Shown one piece after another: positions 20,321 through 30,369 of a DNA stretch of 64,000 bases. Every line of letters starts with the position of its first letter. The first letter of the stretch is position 1. Source of the DNA: an uncultured Gemmatimonadota bacterium (lineage in GTDB: Bacteria; SM23-81; DAOVCL01); contig CAZVGK010000010.1 of NCBI GenBank assembly GCA_964626665.1, positions 1-64,000 of the forward strand. Direction: 5' to 3'. The position numbers and the translations under genes are program-made. The notes under the pieces were generated by a model, which made no database searches, had not been told where the DNA came from, and was given only the letters and a program-made list of their open reading frames with translations.

Positions 20321-22815
20321 TAGTAGATAAAAAGGTATTCAAAAATCAGGACCTTGTTCTTAGGGTTTCTCCAAATATTGATCCTGAGAAGTTTGATATA
20401 AATAAGTATGAGCCATTTATGGATGCTACTTGTAGGGAGAGGGAGTATCAGAAAGAGGCTATAAGGGTTACTTTGCGATACCTTTTGGGAGGTCAATATA
20501 ATGACCTTAAGGAATTGGCAGAAGAGAATTACCGCCAGAATCCAGTTCTGCAGGAAAGATACGGGTCATTAGAAGATTTTTATCAGCATTTACAGCTACC
20601 TGACAAGCTTTCCTGCACCATAGATTTAGCCACTGCCACTGGTAAGAGCTATGTTCTTTATGGGATTGCTCGAATTATGCTCGCCAAGGGAACCGTAGAT
20701 CAAGTATTGGTGCTTTGCCCTTCCAACACAATAGAAACAGGTTTAACCGAAAAATTCCGCTCATTATCAGCCGATGGGACTTTGAAGGATTTGCTATCAG
20801 ATTCTGCGGAGATTCTAAACCCCAGGATCATTAATGCCACTCAGACAATCCAGAAAGGCGATATTTGCATAGAAAATATCCATGCCACTTATCAACGGAC
20901 CAAATCTGCCATAGAAGATAGTCTTATAGGCAAAGGCGAAAGAACACTTGTGTTAAATGACGAAGTTCATCACATGGCCAATCCTCCCGCTCGTGATATG
21001 GCTATAAAGAAATGGAAAGAATTTTTGCTTAATCCTAAATACGATTTCAGATACATAGTCGGTGATTCAGGTACCTGTTATGTTGACAATGATTATTTTG
21101 CAGATGTGATTTATCGGTTTTCCTTGAGGGATTCGATTGAGAAAAAGTTTGTAAAAACGATTGACTATGTGGCTGAGGATGTTTCTCATTCAAAACCCGA
21201 AAAATTCCAAAAGATTTACGATAATCACATCCAGAATAAAATGGTGAAATATCGATTGATCAAACCCCTCACGATCTTAGTTACTAAAAATATCAGTGCT
21301 TGTAAAAAGCTAACAGAAGAGTTAATTGGATTCATAGCAGAGAAAGAGAGAATAAGCAAAGAGGTCGCCTCAAATAAGGTTTTGATTGTGACCTCAGCTC
21401 GTGAGCACAAAGATAATATAGCAAAGCTTAAGAACGTTGATGATAAGGACAATCCCATTGAATGGATTACATCAGTCAGCATGCTTTCCGAAGGATGGGA
21501 TGTGCAAAATGTGTGTCAGATTGTTCCCCACGAGGAAAGAGCTTTTAATTCCAAATTGCTCATTGCGCAAGTGCTGGGGAGAGGGTTGAGAATACCACCG
21601 AAATATAAAGGAGAACAACCTGTTGTTACTGTATTCAACCATGATAAGTGGTCAAGTAGCATCAAGCACTTGGTCAACGAAGTTCTTGAAATAGAGAAAA
21701 GGATTCATAGCCGCGTTATTGCTAAGGATGAGAATTACAATTTTAAGCTCCACAACATAAGGTATGACAAGACACCAGAAGTTTTAGAAACTCCAAAAGT
21801 TGCCGAGTATAAGTTTAGCAAGGGGTTTTCTCTAAGTAGCGAAGACCAAGTGAAAATAATAGAGGAGGAGACCATTTACGAAAGGGCAGTCGTAGAAAAA
21901 CAGCGTGAAAAGAAAACCCTCATTGAATTTAAAGTGTATTCAGCGGAGGAAATTGCTCAGGTTGTCCATAGCAGATATAGAAGTTGGGATATGGATGAAG
22001 GCACTGATTATGCGCGGAAGTATCCCTATGACAAAATCCTATCGATCATAAAAAACTCTCTGAGAGATAAGGGAAATTTGATTAACGATAAAGGCAGACA
22101 GAAGCTACTACAAGGGTTCGGAGTAACAAGAAGAAAAAAGAGTAAAAGGCTGAGATATAAAATTGAGGCCGAGGATCTCTCTTCGATTGATACTGCAGAT
22201 GTCAAGAAAAGTAGTTTGGGAATTGGGGCTTTAAGAAGAGATGGCAGTATTTTTTATGATGATTACTCTCTAAAAACTGGAGAAGATGAGGACAAAAAGT
22301 TATTAAAAAAGGTTATTGAAATGTTTGATGACGGACAACTGCACAGCGCTTCTTTAATTAAGGTTGAAAACTCATATAATTTTAAAACACCACTAAATAT
22401 TATTTTTGCCTCATATAAACCAGAGAGGGATTTCATTAAGAGGCTGGTTAAGGAAGAAAATGCCAGGGGAATTGATTCATGGATAAAATCTCCTGATGTT
22501 GGTTTCTATAGTGTGGAATATTCCTGGAGAAAAGGGGAACATCCCAAACAGGGGAGTTTTAATCCTGACTTTTTCATAAAGATTGGAGGAGACACATTGG
22601 TAGTTGAAATTAAGGCTGATTTAGATGTCTCTGATGAGAATAGGGCCAAATTAAGATATGCAGAAGAGCACTTCAATCGTCTAAATGCTTTACAGTCAAA
22701 ATGCAGATATTATTTCAAGTTCCTATCTCCGCGAAGTTTTGACCTCTTTTTTCAATGTTTAAGAGAGAGACAATATCAGAATTTCAAGTCTGAAATAGAG
22801 GCTTCTTTAGAATGA
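20317..22815 (+). CDS. res: Type III restriction enzyme Res subunit (SF2 helicase + PD-(D/E)xK nuclease)
   Basis: Walker A ATATGKS, DEVHH, LSEGWD, QVLGRGLR, and C-terminal PDF...VEIK. Confidence 0.88.
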   Translation: MIVDKKVFKNQDLVLRVSPNIDPEKFDINKYEPFMDATCREREYQKEAIRVTLRYLLGGQYNDLKELAEENYRQNPVLQERYGSLEDFYQHLQLPDKLSCTIDLATATGKSYVLYGIARIMLAKGTVDQVLVLCPSNTIETGLTEKFRSLSADGTLKDLLSDSAEILNPRIINATQTIQKGDICIENIHATYQRTKSAIEDSLIGKGERTLVLNDEVHHMANPPARDMAIKKWKEFLLNPKYDFRYIVGDSGTCYVDNDYFADVIYRFSLRDSIEKKFVKTIDYVAEDVSHSKPEKFQKIYDNHIQNKMVKYRLIKPLTILVTKNISACKKLTEELIGFIAEKERISKEVASNKVLIVTSAREHKDNIAKLKNVDDKDNPIEWITSVSMLSEGWDVQNVCQIVPHEERAFNSKLLIAQVLGRGLRIPPKYKGEQPVVTVFNHDKWSSSIKHLVNEVLEIEKRIHSRVIAKDENYNFKLHNIRYDKTPEVLETPKVAEYKFSKGFSLSSEDQVKIIEEETIYERAVVEKQREKKTLIEFKVYSAEEIAQVVHSRYRSWDMDEGTDYARKYPYDKILSIIKNSLRDKGNLINDKGRQKLLQGFGVTRRKKSKRLRYKIEAEDLSSIDTADVKKSSLGIGALRRDGSIFYDDYSLKTGEDEDKKLLKKVIEMFDDGQLHSASLIKVENSYNFKTPLNIIFASYKPERDFIKRLVKEENARGIDSWIKSPDVGFYSVEYSWRKGEHPKQGSFNPDFFIKIGGDTLVVEIKADLDVSDENRAKLRYAEEHFNRLNALQSKCRYYFKFLSPRSFDLFFQCLRERQYQNFKSEIEASLE

Positions 22816-23018
22816 TTAACTTTGCCGGGTAGTGGAAACCTGGATCCAGATACTGGGTTAGGGAGCTTAGATAAGCTCTATAATGCCGTAACCGTTTTTA
22901 CTTGCTGCCGATCCCAGAAGGCAAAGACGGTTATGGGGAGGGGAATGAGCACTGAAGATACATCCTTATTAAAAAAGCAAAGGCGTAGATGATTGCACTG
23001 CAAAAAGGCTGAAGGTTG

Positions 23019-23094
23019 GGTAGCCGCAACCTTCAGGTTGCGTAAGTAGTTGGTTTATCGAGCTCCTTTTCGCAGGCTAAAGCCTGCGGCTACC
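23019..23094. repeat. Inverted pair of GTAG-type REP palindromes
   Basis: ggtagccgcaaccttcaggttgcg ... cgcaggctaaagcctgcggctacc. The second unit recurs at ~44177-44198, and a shortened form occurs at ~42815-42850. Confidence 0.7.
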
Positions 23095-23119
23095 GATTTT
23101 AGTTTTTGTAGTAGAATAG

Positions 23120-23989
23120 ATGGCATTGAAAATTGAAAAGGGAATAACCTTAAAGATTATGGAATATAAGGTAATAACTCCGAATGATTCTGAATATCCG
23201 AAAAGGCTCGTTGAAAGGTTAGGAGACAAATCTCCTGAGAAGATATATTATAGCGGCCCATTAGAATTCCTTGACCGTTTCACTATGGCAGTGATTTCTG
23301 CTGATTCGATAACTGGGCAGGCACTGAATGAGACAAATCAGGTTCTGTTCACTGTAAGGGAATATGAGATGAATTATATTGGTGGTTGGCATTCGGTAAT
23401 GGAAACCGAGATTTTCCGGTTGGGGCTATTCAGAAGAAATACTACGGTAACTCTCTTTACTGCAAAAGGGTTGCAGGTTGAGACATTTGAATTTTTTCTG
23501 AAGGATAGGTTTTATCCCCCCTTGCACGAATTTCCGGAAAGGGATGAGTATTTCAGACGGGTCAAAACTGGTGAATTATTGATACTTTCTCTTAGTGACC
23601 CGGATGAGACGAGGCAGTTGCGAAAGAATATAATGGAGAGAAACTGGATATCTTGTGCTCTTGCCGATATTGTTTTTATCCCCTATGGTCCCAAAGGCTC
23701 AAAGACTTACACAATGGCGAAGAGAATTTCTTCCACGAATATACCGGCCTTTACACTTGATAGTGGCGAATGCAAGGACCTTCTTCAACTTGGCATTCCT
23801 GGATTTAAGCGAAAAACAGTGAAAGCCTTCCTTGAGGGCAACGGGGCAAAATTAGCAGTTCCACCGGATGAGATAAGGAAGTCTGTTGAAGCATATAAAA
23901 ATCCAACGAGTCAGCAACTATCATTTATAAAGGAGCCCACCCAGACGGAACTAGAGTTTAAGAAAAACAGCAAGGATAGTGAGCCATAA
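23120..23989 (+). CDS. DprA/Smf-like (SLOG Rossmann-fold) protein
   Basis: ITPNDSEYPKRL...P.KIYYSG at the N-terminus and RN..S.ALAD.VFI...GSKT. Alternative start at ATG 23159. Confidence 0.6.
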   Translation: MALKIEKGITLKIMEYKVITPNDSEYPKRLVERLGDKSPEKIYYSGPLEFLDRFTMAVISADSITGQALNETNQVLFTVREYEMNYIGGWHSVMETEIFRLGLFRRNTTVTLFTAKGLQVETFEFFLKDRFYPPLHEFPERDEYFRRVKTGELLILSLSDPDETRQLRKNIMERNWISCALADIVFIPYGPKGSKTYTMAKRISSTNIPAFTLDSGECKDLLQLGIPGFKRKTVKAFLEGNGAKLAVPPDEIRKSVEAYKNPTSQQLSFIKEPTQTELEFKKNSKDSEP

Positions 23990-24070
23990 GTATTGTTAGG
24001 GCTTATTGCTCTATAACCATCCTTGCCTGCCATCGACTTCAGAAAGTAAGGACAATTAGGGGGAAGGAGA

Positions 24071-26092
24071 ATGGAAAAAGACCTCTTTGAGAAAAAAGAA
24101 GCGCAGATGGTTAGCAAACACAACATTCTCGAAAACTATCTTGAGCCGTGGATAATAATCTTTTCCTCTGCGGGACAAAAATGGGCAAAGAAACTATATT
24201 ATGTGGATGCCTTTGCTGGAACGGGAAGATTTGCTACCGGAGAAGAGGGTTCTCCAGTAATTGGAGCAAGACTTTTGAGGCATTACTGGAAACCGCAAAT
24301 ATACTACTGTTGTATATGCATAGAAAAGGAAAGCAAACGAGTAAAGGAACTTGAAAGTGAATTAAATCAATTTCGAGATAAAGTGGATATAAAAATTTAC
24401 CCCGGTGAATTTGATGATAAAACGGATGAAGTGATTAACGAAATTGGTAATCATCCTGCCTTTTTCTTGATTGATCCTGAAGGGTTTTCAGGGATGAGCT
24501 TTTTGTCTATTGAAAAAATTCTTGAGTTACCGCATAAAGAAGTTCTAATTAACTTTCAATATAATGCAGTACAACGCTGGTTGAAAGCAAAAAAGGTGGG
24601 AAAAACAATTACTGATTTATTTGGAACTGACAAGTGGATAGAGATTCCCCGAAAGGGACTCCAGAAAAGCGAAAAGGAAAGAGCATTAGTCGAACTTTAT
24701 AAATCCCAGTTGAGAGCAAAGGGATATTATGTCTGGTACTTCAGGAATAAAATCCCAGCAAAGAATAGAACATTCTACTATCTTGTTTACGCTACCAGGA
24801 ACCTCACAGGTTTTAAGATAATGAAGGGAGTGATTTTTAAGGAAGAAAGTAGAAGATATTTTGAGCCAAATTTATTTGAGGAAGTAGATTTTACGGAGTT
24901 TCAAAACGAATTGTTAAGAAAGTATAAAGGAACTAAGGTTTTGTATAAAGAAGTTTTGGTGTATGTTTTACAGGAAACGAACTATCTGGCAGGGGACCTG
25001 GATTTAGTTATAAAAAATGTGAGAATTAAAAAGGAATATAACCCAAAAGAAAGGAATAACTTCTGGCTTGTTTTCCCTATGTCTTACGGAGCATTGAATA
25101 CTCGTAAATTCCATATTCGGGAGAGTGATATTTCTTTTGTATCTCCTAAAACTATTACAAGAGGGCCAAGAATCTTATACAATGAGGAAGATTTAGTAAG
25201 GCAGGTTGCTGATGGCTCCATCATTAAACGATTTGATAAAACTCCTTATCCAGTTAAGCCCACGGATGTTGTTTGTCCTCATTTCCTTGAGTTGAAATGG
25301 GCTTATGGGTGTCCGTTTAATTGTAGCTGGTGTTACTTGAAGGGCACTTTTCGTTTTAGGCCGGAGGGGATAAAACCTGCTTATAAACCTATGGAAAAGG
25401 TAAAATTGCATACGGAGACATTTCTTCAGAAAGTGAAGATTCCAGAGATTCTTAATACTGGTGAGATAGCCGATTCCTTAATGAAAGAGAATGGTGATAG
25501 TCCATTCTCTAAATTCATCATCCCCATCTTTGAAACTCAGAACATGCACAAGGTTTTGTTTGTTACCAAATCATCGAATATAAAGAACTTTTTAGAGATG
25601 CCCTCTCATAGGCAGGTTATAGTGAGTTTCAGTCTTAATGCTTTCCCGGTAGCAGAGAGGTGGGAGAAAGGGGCTCCCCCTGTTCCAAAACGAATCGAGG
25701 CGGCGAAGAAAGTCGCCGACGCAGGCTATGAAGTCAGGATAAGAATTGACCCAATGATACCAGTGGAAAACTGGAAGGAATATTATATCCAACTGATAGA
25801 CGAGATATTCACGAGATTTGTTCCTGAAAGAATTACCTTGGGTTCTTTAAGAGGGCTTCAGAGCACAATCAACGGCACTAATGACACCAGTTGGGTTAAA
25901 TATCTAAAAGAAAGCTCAAACTGGGGGAGAAAAATAGATTTTACCACAAGATGTAGAATCTACAAAACCATTATTGGGTATCTGAGTGACAAATACAATT
26001 ATTCCCATATAGCCTTGTGCAAGGAAACAAAGGCGATGTGGGAGAAATTAGGGATGGATTGGACCCAGATTAGATGTAATTGCGTATGGTAG
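24071..26092 (+). CDS. Fusion of a three-Cys-motif partner (TcmP-like, MTase fold) and a spore-photoproduct-lyase-like radical SAM domain
   Basis: N-half: KH.IL.NYL, YVDAFAGTG, GSP, FLIDP.G, EVLINF and YYLVYATRN..G..IMK. C-half: CPFNCSWC (CxxxCxxC), TGEIADS, FVTKS and IRIDPMIP. Confidence 0.75.
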   Translation: MEKDLFEKKEAQMVSKHNILENYLEPWIIIFSSAGQKWAKKLYYVDAFAGTGRFATGEEGSPVIGARLLRHYWKPQIYYCCICIEKESKRVKELESELNQFRDKVDIKIYPGEFDDKTDEVINEIGNHPAFFLIDPEGFSGMSFLSIEKILELPHKEVLINFQYNAVQRWLKAKKVGKTITDLFGTDKWIEIPRKGLQKSEKERALVELYKSQLRAKGYYVWYFRNKIPAKNRTFYYLVYATRNLTGFKIMKGVIFKEESRRYFEPNLFEEVDFTEFQNELLRKYKGTKVLYKEVLVYVLQETNYLAGDLDLVIKNVRIKKEYNPKERNNFWLVFPMSYGALNTRKFHIRESDISFVSPKTITRGPRILYNEEDLVRQVADGSIIKRFDKTPYPVKPTDVVCPHFLELKWAYGCPFNCSWCYLKGTFRFRPEGIKPAYKPMEKVKLHTETFLQKVKIPEILNTGEIADSLMKENGDSPFSKFIIPIFETQNMHKVLFVTKSSNIKNFLEMPSHRQVIVSFSLNAFPVAERWEKGAPPVPKRIEAAKKVADAGYEVRIRIDPMIPVENWKEYYIQLIDEIFTRFVPERITLGSLRGLQSTINGTNDTSWVKYLKESSNWGRKIDFTTRCRIYKTIIGYLSDKYNYSHIALCKETKAMWEKLGMDWTQIRCNCVW

Positions 26093-26257
26093 AATAATGG
26101 AGTTTCTGAATTAAAGGATTCGTCTTATGCTAAAAAACACCGAATGACACCGAAAAAAATAGCACTTCATTCTTGAGTGAAACTTTTGTTTTGGATTTGT
26201 TCAGTGATTTTCGGTGTTTAATGTCCAACCCGGGATTATTAGAGATGGTAAAAGCTG

Positions 26258-26596
26258 ATGGGTAAAAATACGAAAAATATACCGGATTTGGAGAGGCTGA
26301 TCAATTTTATATCCTCGAAATATCTTCCAGAGAAGATCATTCTCTTTGGCTCTTACGGAACCCCATCAAGACGAGATAATTCCGATATAGACCTGCTGAT
26401 CATAAAAAAGACAGATAAGAAGTTTGTAGATAGAGTAGTAGAACTGATGCAGCTCATCAGGAGTCAATTTGGGGTTGAATATCCTGTTGAGCCTCTTGTT
26501 TATACTCCAGCCGAATTTAGAGGAGCCGAAATGACAAGCAGTCTATTTATTCGGACAGTTTTGTCGAAAGGGGTTATTTTGTATGAAAAAAAATAA
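26258..26596 (+). CDS. Minimal nucleotidyltransferase (MNT antitoxin)
   Basis: ILFGSYG...SDIDLLII motif. Confidence 0.85.
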   Translation: MGKNTKNIPDLERLINFISSKYLPEKIILFGSYGTPSRRDNSDIDLLIIKKTDKKFVDRVVELMQLIRSQFGVEYPVEPLVYTPAEFRGAEMTSSLFIRTVLSKGVILYEKK

Positions 26597-26990
26597 ACCT
26601 GCAGCGGAGATTTGGCTGAGAAAAGCTAAGGAGGATCTTGCCTTTGCGGAGGCTGGTTGGAAGGAGAGCAAGATAGCATCAGTTACCTGCGTGCTTTGCC
26701 AGCAGGCGGTAGAGAAGGCCTTGAAATCTCTTCTGGAATTAGAAAATATCAGCATAGAAAGAACCCCGTCTCTTAAGACTCACAGATTGGTGGATATAAT
26801 TGAGGAATGTAGAGGATATTATCCTCAGGTAGAGATGTTCACCGATGATTGTGACAAATTAACGGTCTATTATTTTGATAGGTATCCAGCTGATATTCCC
26901 TTGAATTTGACCGAAGAAGATGCCGCATTTGCCCTGGAGACAGCGGAGAAGATCCTAAGTTCTGTAGAGGGGATAATATCAAAAGCCTGA
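26583..26990 (+). CDS. HEPN domain protein (partner of MNT)
   Basis: W..KA.EDL, CQQAVEKALK, KTH.L and RYP. Overlaps the MNT gene. Confidence 0.85.
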   Translation: MKKNKPAAEIWLRKAKEDLAFAEAGWKESKIASVTCVLCQQAVEKALKSLLELENISIERTPSLKTHRLVDIIEECRGYYPQVEMFTDDCDKLTVYYFDRYPADIPLNLTEEDAAFALETAEKILSSVEGIISKA

Positions 26991-27078
26991 AGGGATTGAG
27001 GAATCCTTCGCATGATGATGACATCCCCAAAGAGCGATTGGGGATATATCCAGAAGATTGTGATGTGAGGAGGTGTTT

Positions 27079-27621
27079 ATGAAAGTTGGCCTCTTAAGCG
27101 ACAGCCACGGTGAGTTGGAGAACCTGCGTCGGGCCGCCAAAGTTCTGGCCGATCAGGTGGAACTCATCGTCCACCTGGGGGACGATTGGGATGATTGCCG
27201 GGTGCTTGAGGAGATGGGTCTGAAATTCATCAGGGTGCCCGGGGTCTTCAGCAGTTACTATCAGGCCCCTCAGATCGCCAACCGCAGGATAGAGAAGTTC
27301 AACCACTGGAAGGTTCTTCTCTCCCATACCTCTACCTCCCATAAGAACGATCTTCCTCAGGATATGAAACCAGAGGTTGTTGTGGCCAGAAGGGAGGTAG
27401 ATGTTGTCCTCTATGGCCATACCCATATCCCTAAAATTGAGAAATCACAGGGGATCTTATGGGTCAACCCCGGCCATCTGAAACCGGAGGATAGGAAGGG
27501 ATACTCTCCCAGCTATGCCATCTTAGATTTTGGGCCCCAAGAGGTTTGGGTTAGAATCTTTGGCCTGGAGAAGGGGGAGATCTTGGCCGAGAGTGAAATT
27601 AGGGACACTTCCCATTTTTAA
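27079..27621 (+). CDS. Metallophosphoesterase (YfcE/MJ0936-like)
   Basis: SDSHG, HLGD, GHTH and NPG motifs; RBS GAGGAGG. Confidence 0.85.
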   Translation: MKVGLLSDSHGELENLRRAAKVLADQVELIVHLGDDWDDCRVLEEMGLKFIRVPGVFSSYYQAPQIANRRIEKFNHWKVLLSHTSTSHKNDLPQDMKPEVVVARREVDVVLYGHTHIPKIEKSQGILWVNPGHLKPEDRKGYSPSYAILDFGPQEVWVRIFGLEKGEILAESEIRDTSHF

Positions 27622-27847
27622 AAATAAACTTTAGATTAAGGTTGCATAAGTGCACACCCTCTATCAGACACTGGAAATCACTGAAACAATGAGAAACTCT
27701 GAGGAAGAATGTGCATTATAATTTTTGATTGGTTCGGTGTTATTCGGTATTTTCTTGAATAATTTGGAATAAAGGTCCTGTAAATCCTATTATCCGGTCA
27801 GAAAAGCCCGCTTGCAGGGCGCTTAGTAGAGTTTAACCCCGGTTTGG

Positions 27848-28438
27848 CTACCAGCCGAGTTCTACCTTGAGGGCGGCCCAGCTCTTTGCCCCATTTCTTT
27901 CCACGGGTTCATCCCTCCAGAAGCTTAGCCTCCAGAGGTTATCGTCCCCTAAGCTCAGCCTGAAACAGGCCAGGCCAGAGGCGGGATGGGATAAGGGGGC
28001 ATTGGCAGATCCCTCCACCACCAGATAGTAGCGTCGATATAGGGTTGCCTTCTTGGGGTAAGTCTCATCGGGGAGCAGGCTGTCTTCTTCCAGGGAGAGA
28101 AAGATGGAGACGGAATCCGGAATCACCTGGGAGAATATTCCCTGGGTGACCTTTACCTCCTTGGTCTTGTCCCAGTCCTGAAAAAGAGATGGGGAGCGGA
28201 GAGACTCCTCTGGTGCAGAGAAGGTAAAGGATTTCGCCAAGCAGTTGGCAAAGTTGACTAAGGATTCATCTCTGTAGGCCCTGGTCAGGTTGTTTATCAC
28301 CTCTTGGGGTCTGGTGGGGACCTCCCATCTACCTGCCTTTCCCTTTGGCTCTCCGCTTTTCCGTAAGGAAAAGGGGTTCTTGCAGGCTGTTCCCCAGATG
28401 AGGAGAAGTATAAAAAGTAAGAAGACCTTTTTATTCAT
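27848..28438 (-). CDS. Hypothetical lipoprotein (NTF2-like fold possible)
   Basis: Lipobox GTAC after a hydrophobic signal. Confidence 0.65.
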   Translation of the reverse strand: MNKKVFLLFILLLIWGTACKNPFSLRKSGEPKGKAGRWEVPTRPQEVINNLTRAYRDESLVNFANCLAKSFTFSAPEESLRSPSLFQDWDKTKEVKVTQGIFSQVIPDSVSIFLSLEEDSLLPDETYPKKATLYRRYYLVVEGSANAPLSHPASGLACFRLSLGDDNLWRLSFWRDEPVERNGAKSWAALKVELGW

Positions 28439-30180
28439 TAGTAGAACAGGTTAATGTTTAAATTGAGGTAATCGAAGCTCTCCCCACCAAGAATGACCCT
28501 GCGGCTGCCCCGGAACAGGATCAGACCCCCTCTGCCCAGGGAGAGGCTTCCCTCTAAGGATAAGCGTAGTCTTTTCTCCTTTGCCGAAAGACCCCACCCA
28601 CCTCCTAAGGGGGAGACCTCTGGGGTCCATTCCCTCTCTACCCTGTAGCTCAGGCCTGGGGCAAACCGCAGGCCCTTGTTGGGTAGATAACCGAAGGAGA
28701 AGCCCCATTGATTGGTTGTTCTCTTCCAGCTTAACCTTTCCACCCACTCGTCCTCCCACTTTAGTTTTCCATAATCCTCCCACCTATGGAGGTAGTTTAG
28801 TTTCCCATTGAGCCTACTGCTCAGCCTCCAGGAGAGCTCGCTCTTCGCCTCCAAGCCCCGCAAGAGATTATCCATCTGTTGGCTCTGGGCCCAGTCATAA
28901 GTCTGGTATCGGGCGTTTAGCCTGAATTTCTGCCAGAGGGATAACCATTTGCCTATCCTCCAGATCGTTGCCGGAGCCAGGGAGTAGTTAGTGATGGAGT
29001 TGTTGTCTGCCGATTTCTCCCCCTGGATATAAACCTGTCTCTTTATCTCCATCTCCCCCCTGACTTTGAGGTGGAGGTAGGGAGTCAAACGGTGGAATAT
29101 ATGCCCTCGCAGAAACCTGTTGGCCTCATCCCGATTGTCATAGTTAGTCTGGACCAGTGGTTTTATTGACCTCAACCCGGCGAAGCCCTCAAACTTTAGG
29201 GAATCAGCAGGGGATGGAATCCAACTGACCATCCCTCCTAACTCTCCGCTCTCCAGTTTCTCATCTCTGAGATCCTCCTCGTAATCGTCCTGCCCTCGTA
29301 GGTATCTGTAGAAGAGGGAGAGCCGATAGCGATTTCCCCAGGGGTGCTCAAGAGTGAGGGAGAATCCATCCCTGAGTTCCTTTACCACCTTGGCCCATTT
29401 TTCCTTCATCCAGCGGCGATGGGTGATCGCCTGGGAACGGAAGAGGAAGAGGTCTCCCCGAAAACCCTTAATCAGGCTAATCCGGGAGTTAAACCTTGCC
29501 TCTCTTACCCTTTCCCTTCTCCCTCCGGTGGAGTCTAAATTATCCCCCAAAAAGTAGTTCCTCTCCTGGGTGGAATCCAGAAGGGAAACCCCGTTCTTGA
29601 CCCCCCAGCTCTTCAGTCTTATTTGGAAGCCAAGGTTACTCCCTTTCTTGGGGACCAGGCTCAGGGCCTCTTTCCTCTGGCTAAACTTGAGGTTTGCTGT
29701 AATCTTTTGATCTAAGGGGAGTTTTATCCTTCCCTGCAAGCCATAAAGCAAACCGGATAGCGAGGACCCTTCGTCCCTTCTCAAGGAGATCCCGCCCCCT
29801 TGCAGGGAAAGAAAGAGATTGGGACCCTGTTGCAGCTCTATCCCTGACCCCACTTTGGCCTCCCTTCTTCCTTGGCCCCTCACTTCCATTTCTGTCCCGA
29901 CAAAGAAGGGGTTCCAAGAGAGGTTATTCCTTAGGGGCATAAAAAGGTTAAACCCTAAGAACCGATTCCTCTCCCTCCTCTCCAAGCCAGGGAGAGAGAA
30001 GAGGGAAGAGGTAGTGAGGCCCTTGAGGTTGACCCTCAGCCCGGGTAGGCTATCTTGATAAAGGATTGTGTTTCCCCACCTTTTCGTTCGACCATTTAGG
30101 TCATAGTCGAAGCGGTACTCTAAGGCTGAGGCGGTTATGGGTAAGCTAAGCAAAAAGATGGCTATAAATTTAAGTTTCAT
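28438..30180 (-). CDS. Hypothetical outer-membrane beta-barrel-like protein
   Basis: Signal peptide, amphipathic beta strands and an aromatic C-terminus (YLNLNINLFY). Confidence 0.55.
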   Translation of the reverse strand: MKLKFIAIFLLSLPITASALEYRFDYDLNGRTKRWGNTILYQDSLPGLRVNLKGLTTSSLFSLPGLERRERNRFLGFNLFMPLRNNLSWNPFFVGTEMEVRGQGRREAKVGSGIELQQGPNLFLSLQGGGISLRRDEGSSLSGLLYGLQGRIKLPLDQKITANLKFSQRKEALSLVPKKGSNLGFQIRLKSWGVKNGVSLLDSTQERNYFLGDNLDSTGGRRERVREARFNSRISLIKGFRGDLFLFRSQAITHRRWMKEKWAKVVKELRDGFSLTLEHPWGNRYRLSLFYRYLRGQDDYEEDLRDEKLESGELGGMVSWIPSPADSLKFEGFAGLRSIKPLVQTNYDNRDEANRFLRGHIFHRLTPYLHLKVRGEMEIKRQVYIQGEKSADNNSITNYSLAPATIWRIGKWLSLWQKFRLNARYQTYDWAQSQQMDNLLRGLEAKSELSWRLSSRLNGKLNYLHRWEDYGKLKWEDEWVERLSWKRTTNQWGFSFGYLPNKGLRFAPGLSYRVEREWTPEVSPLGGGWGLSAKEKRLRLSLEGSLSLGRGGLILFRGSRRVILGGESFDYLNLNINLFY

Positions 30181-30206
30181 CTTTGTGGATATATATATTC
30201 CCAGAG

Positions 30207-30352
30207 TAACAGTTCACCACGGACTCTCACGGAATGGACCACCAGCAATGGTCAATTAGCAATTAACAATTAGCAAGTTAAAATGAAATAAAGCCAGAAA
30301 ATCTGAGGTGTAAAGTTCCATTGATAATTGTCAATTGTTAATTGGTCATTTC
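30207..30352 (+). repeat. ~145-bp intergenic element with internal inverted heptamer arrays (second copy at 32000-32143)
   Basis: taacagttcaccacgg...aatggtcaatt(agcaatt/aacaatt)...cagaaaatc.tgaggtg...cattgataattg, shared with 32000-32143. Confidence 0.8.
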
Positions 30353-30369
30353 GTATCTGCTCAGGGTTA

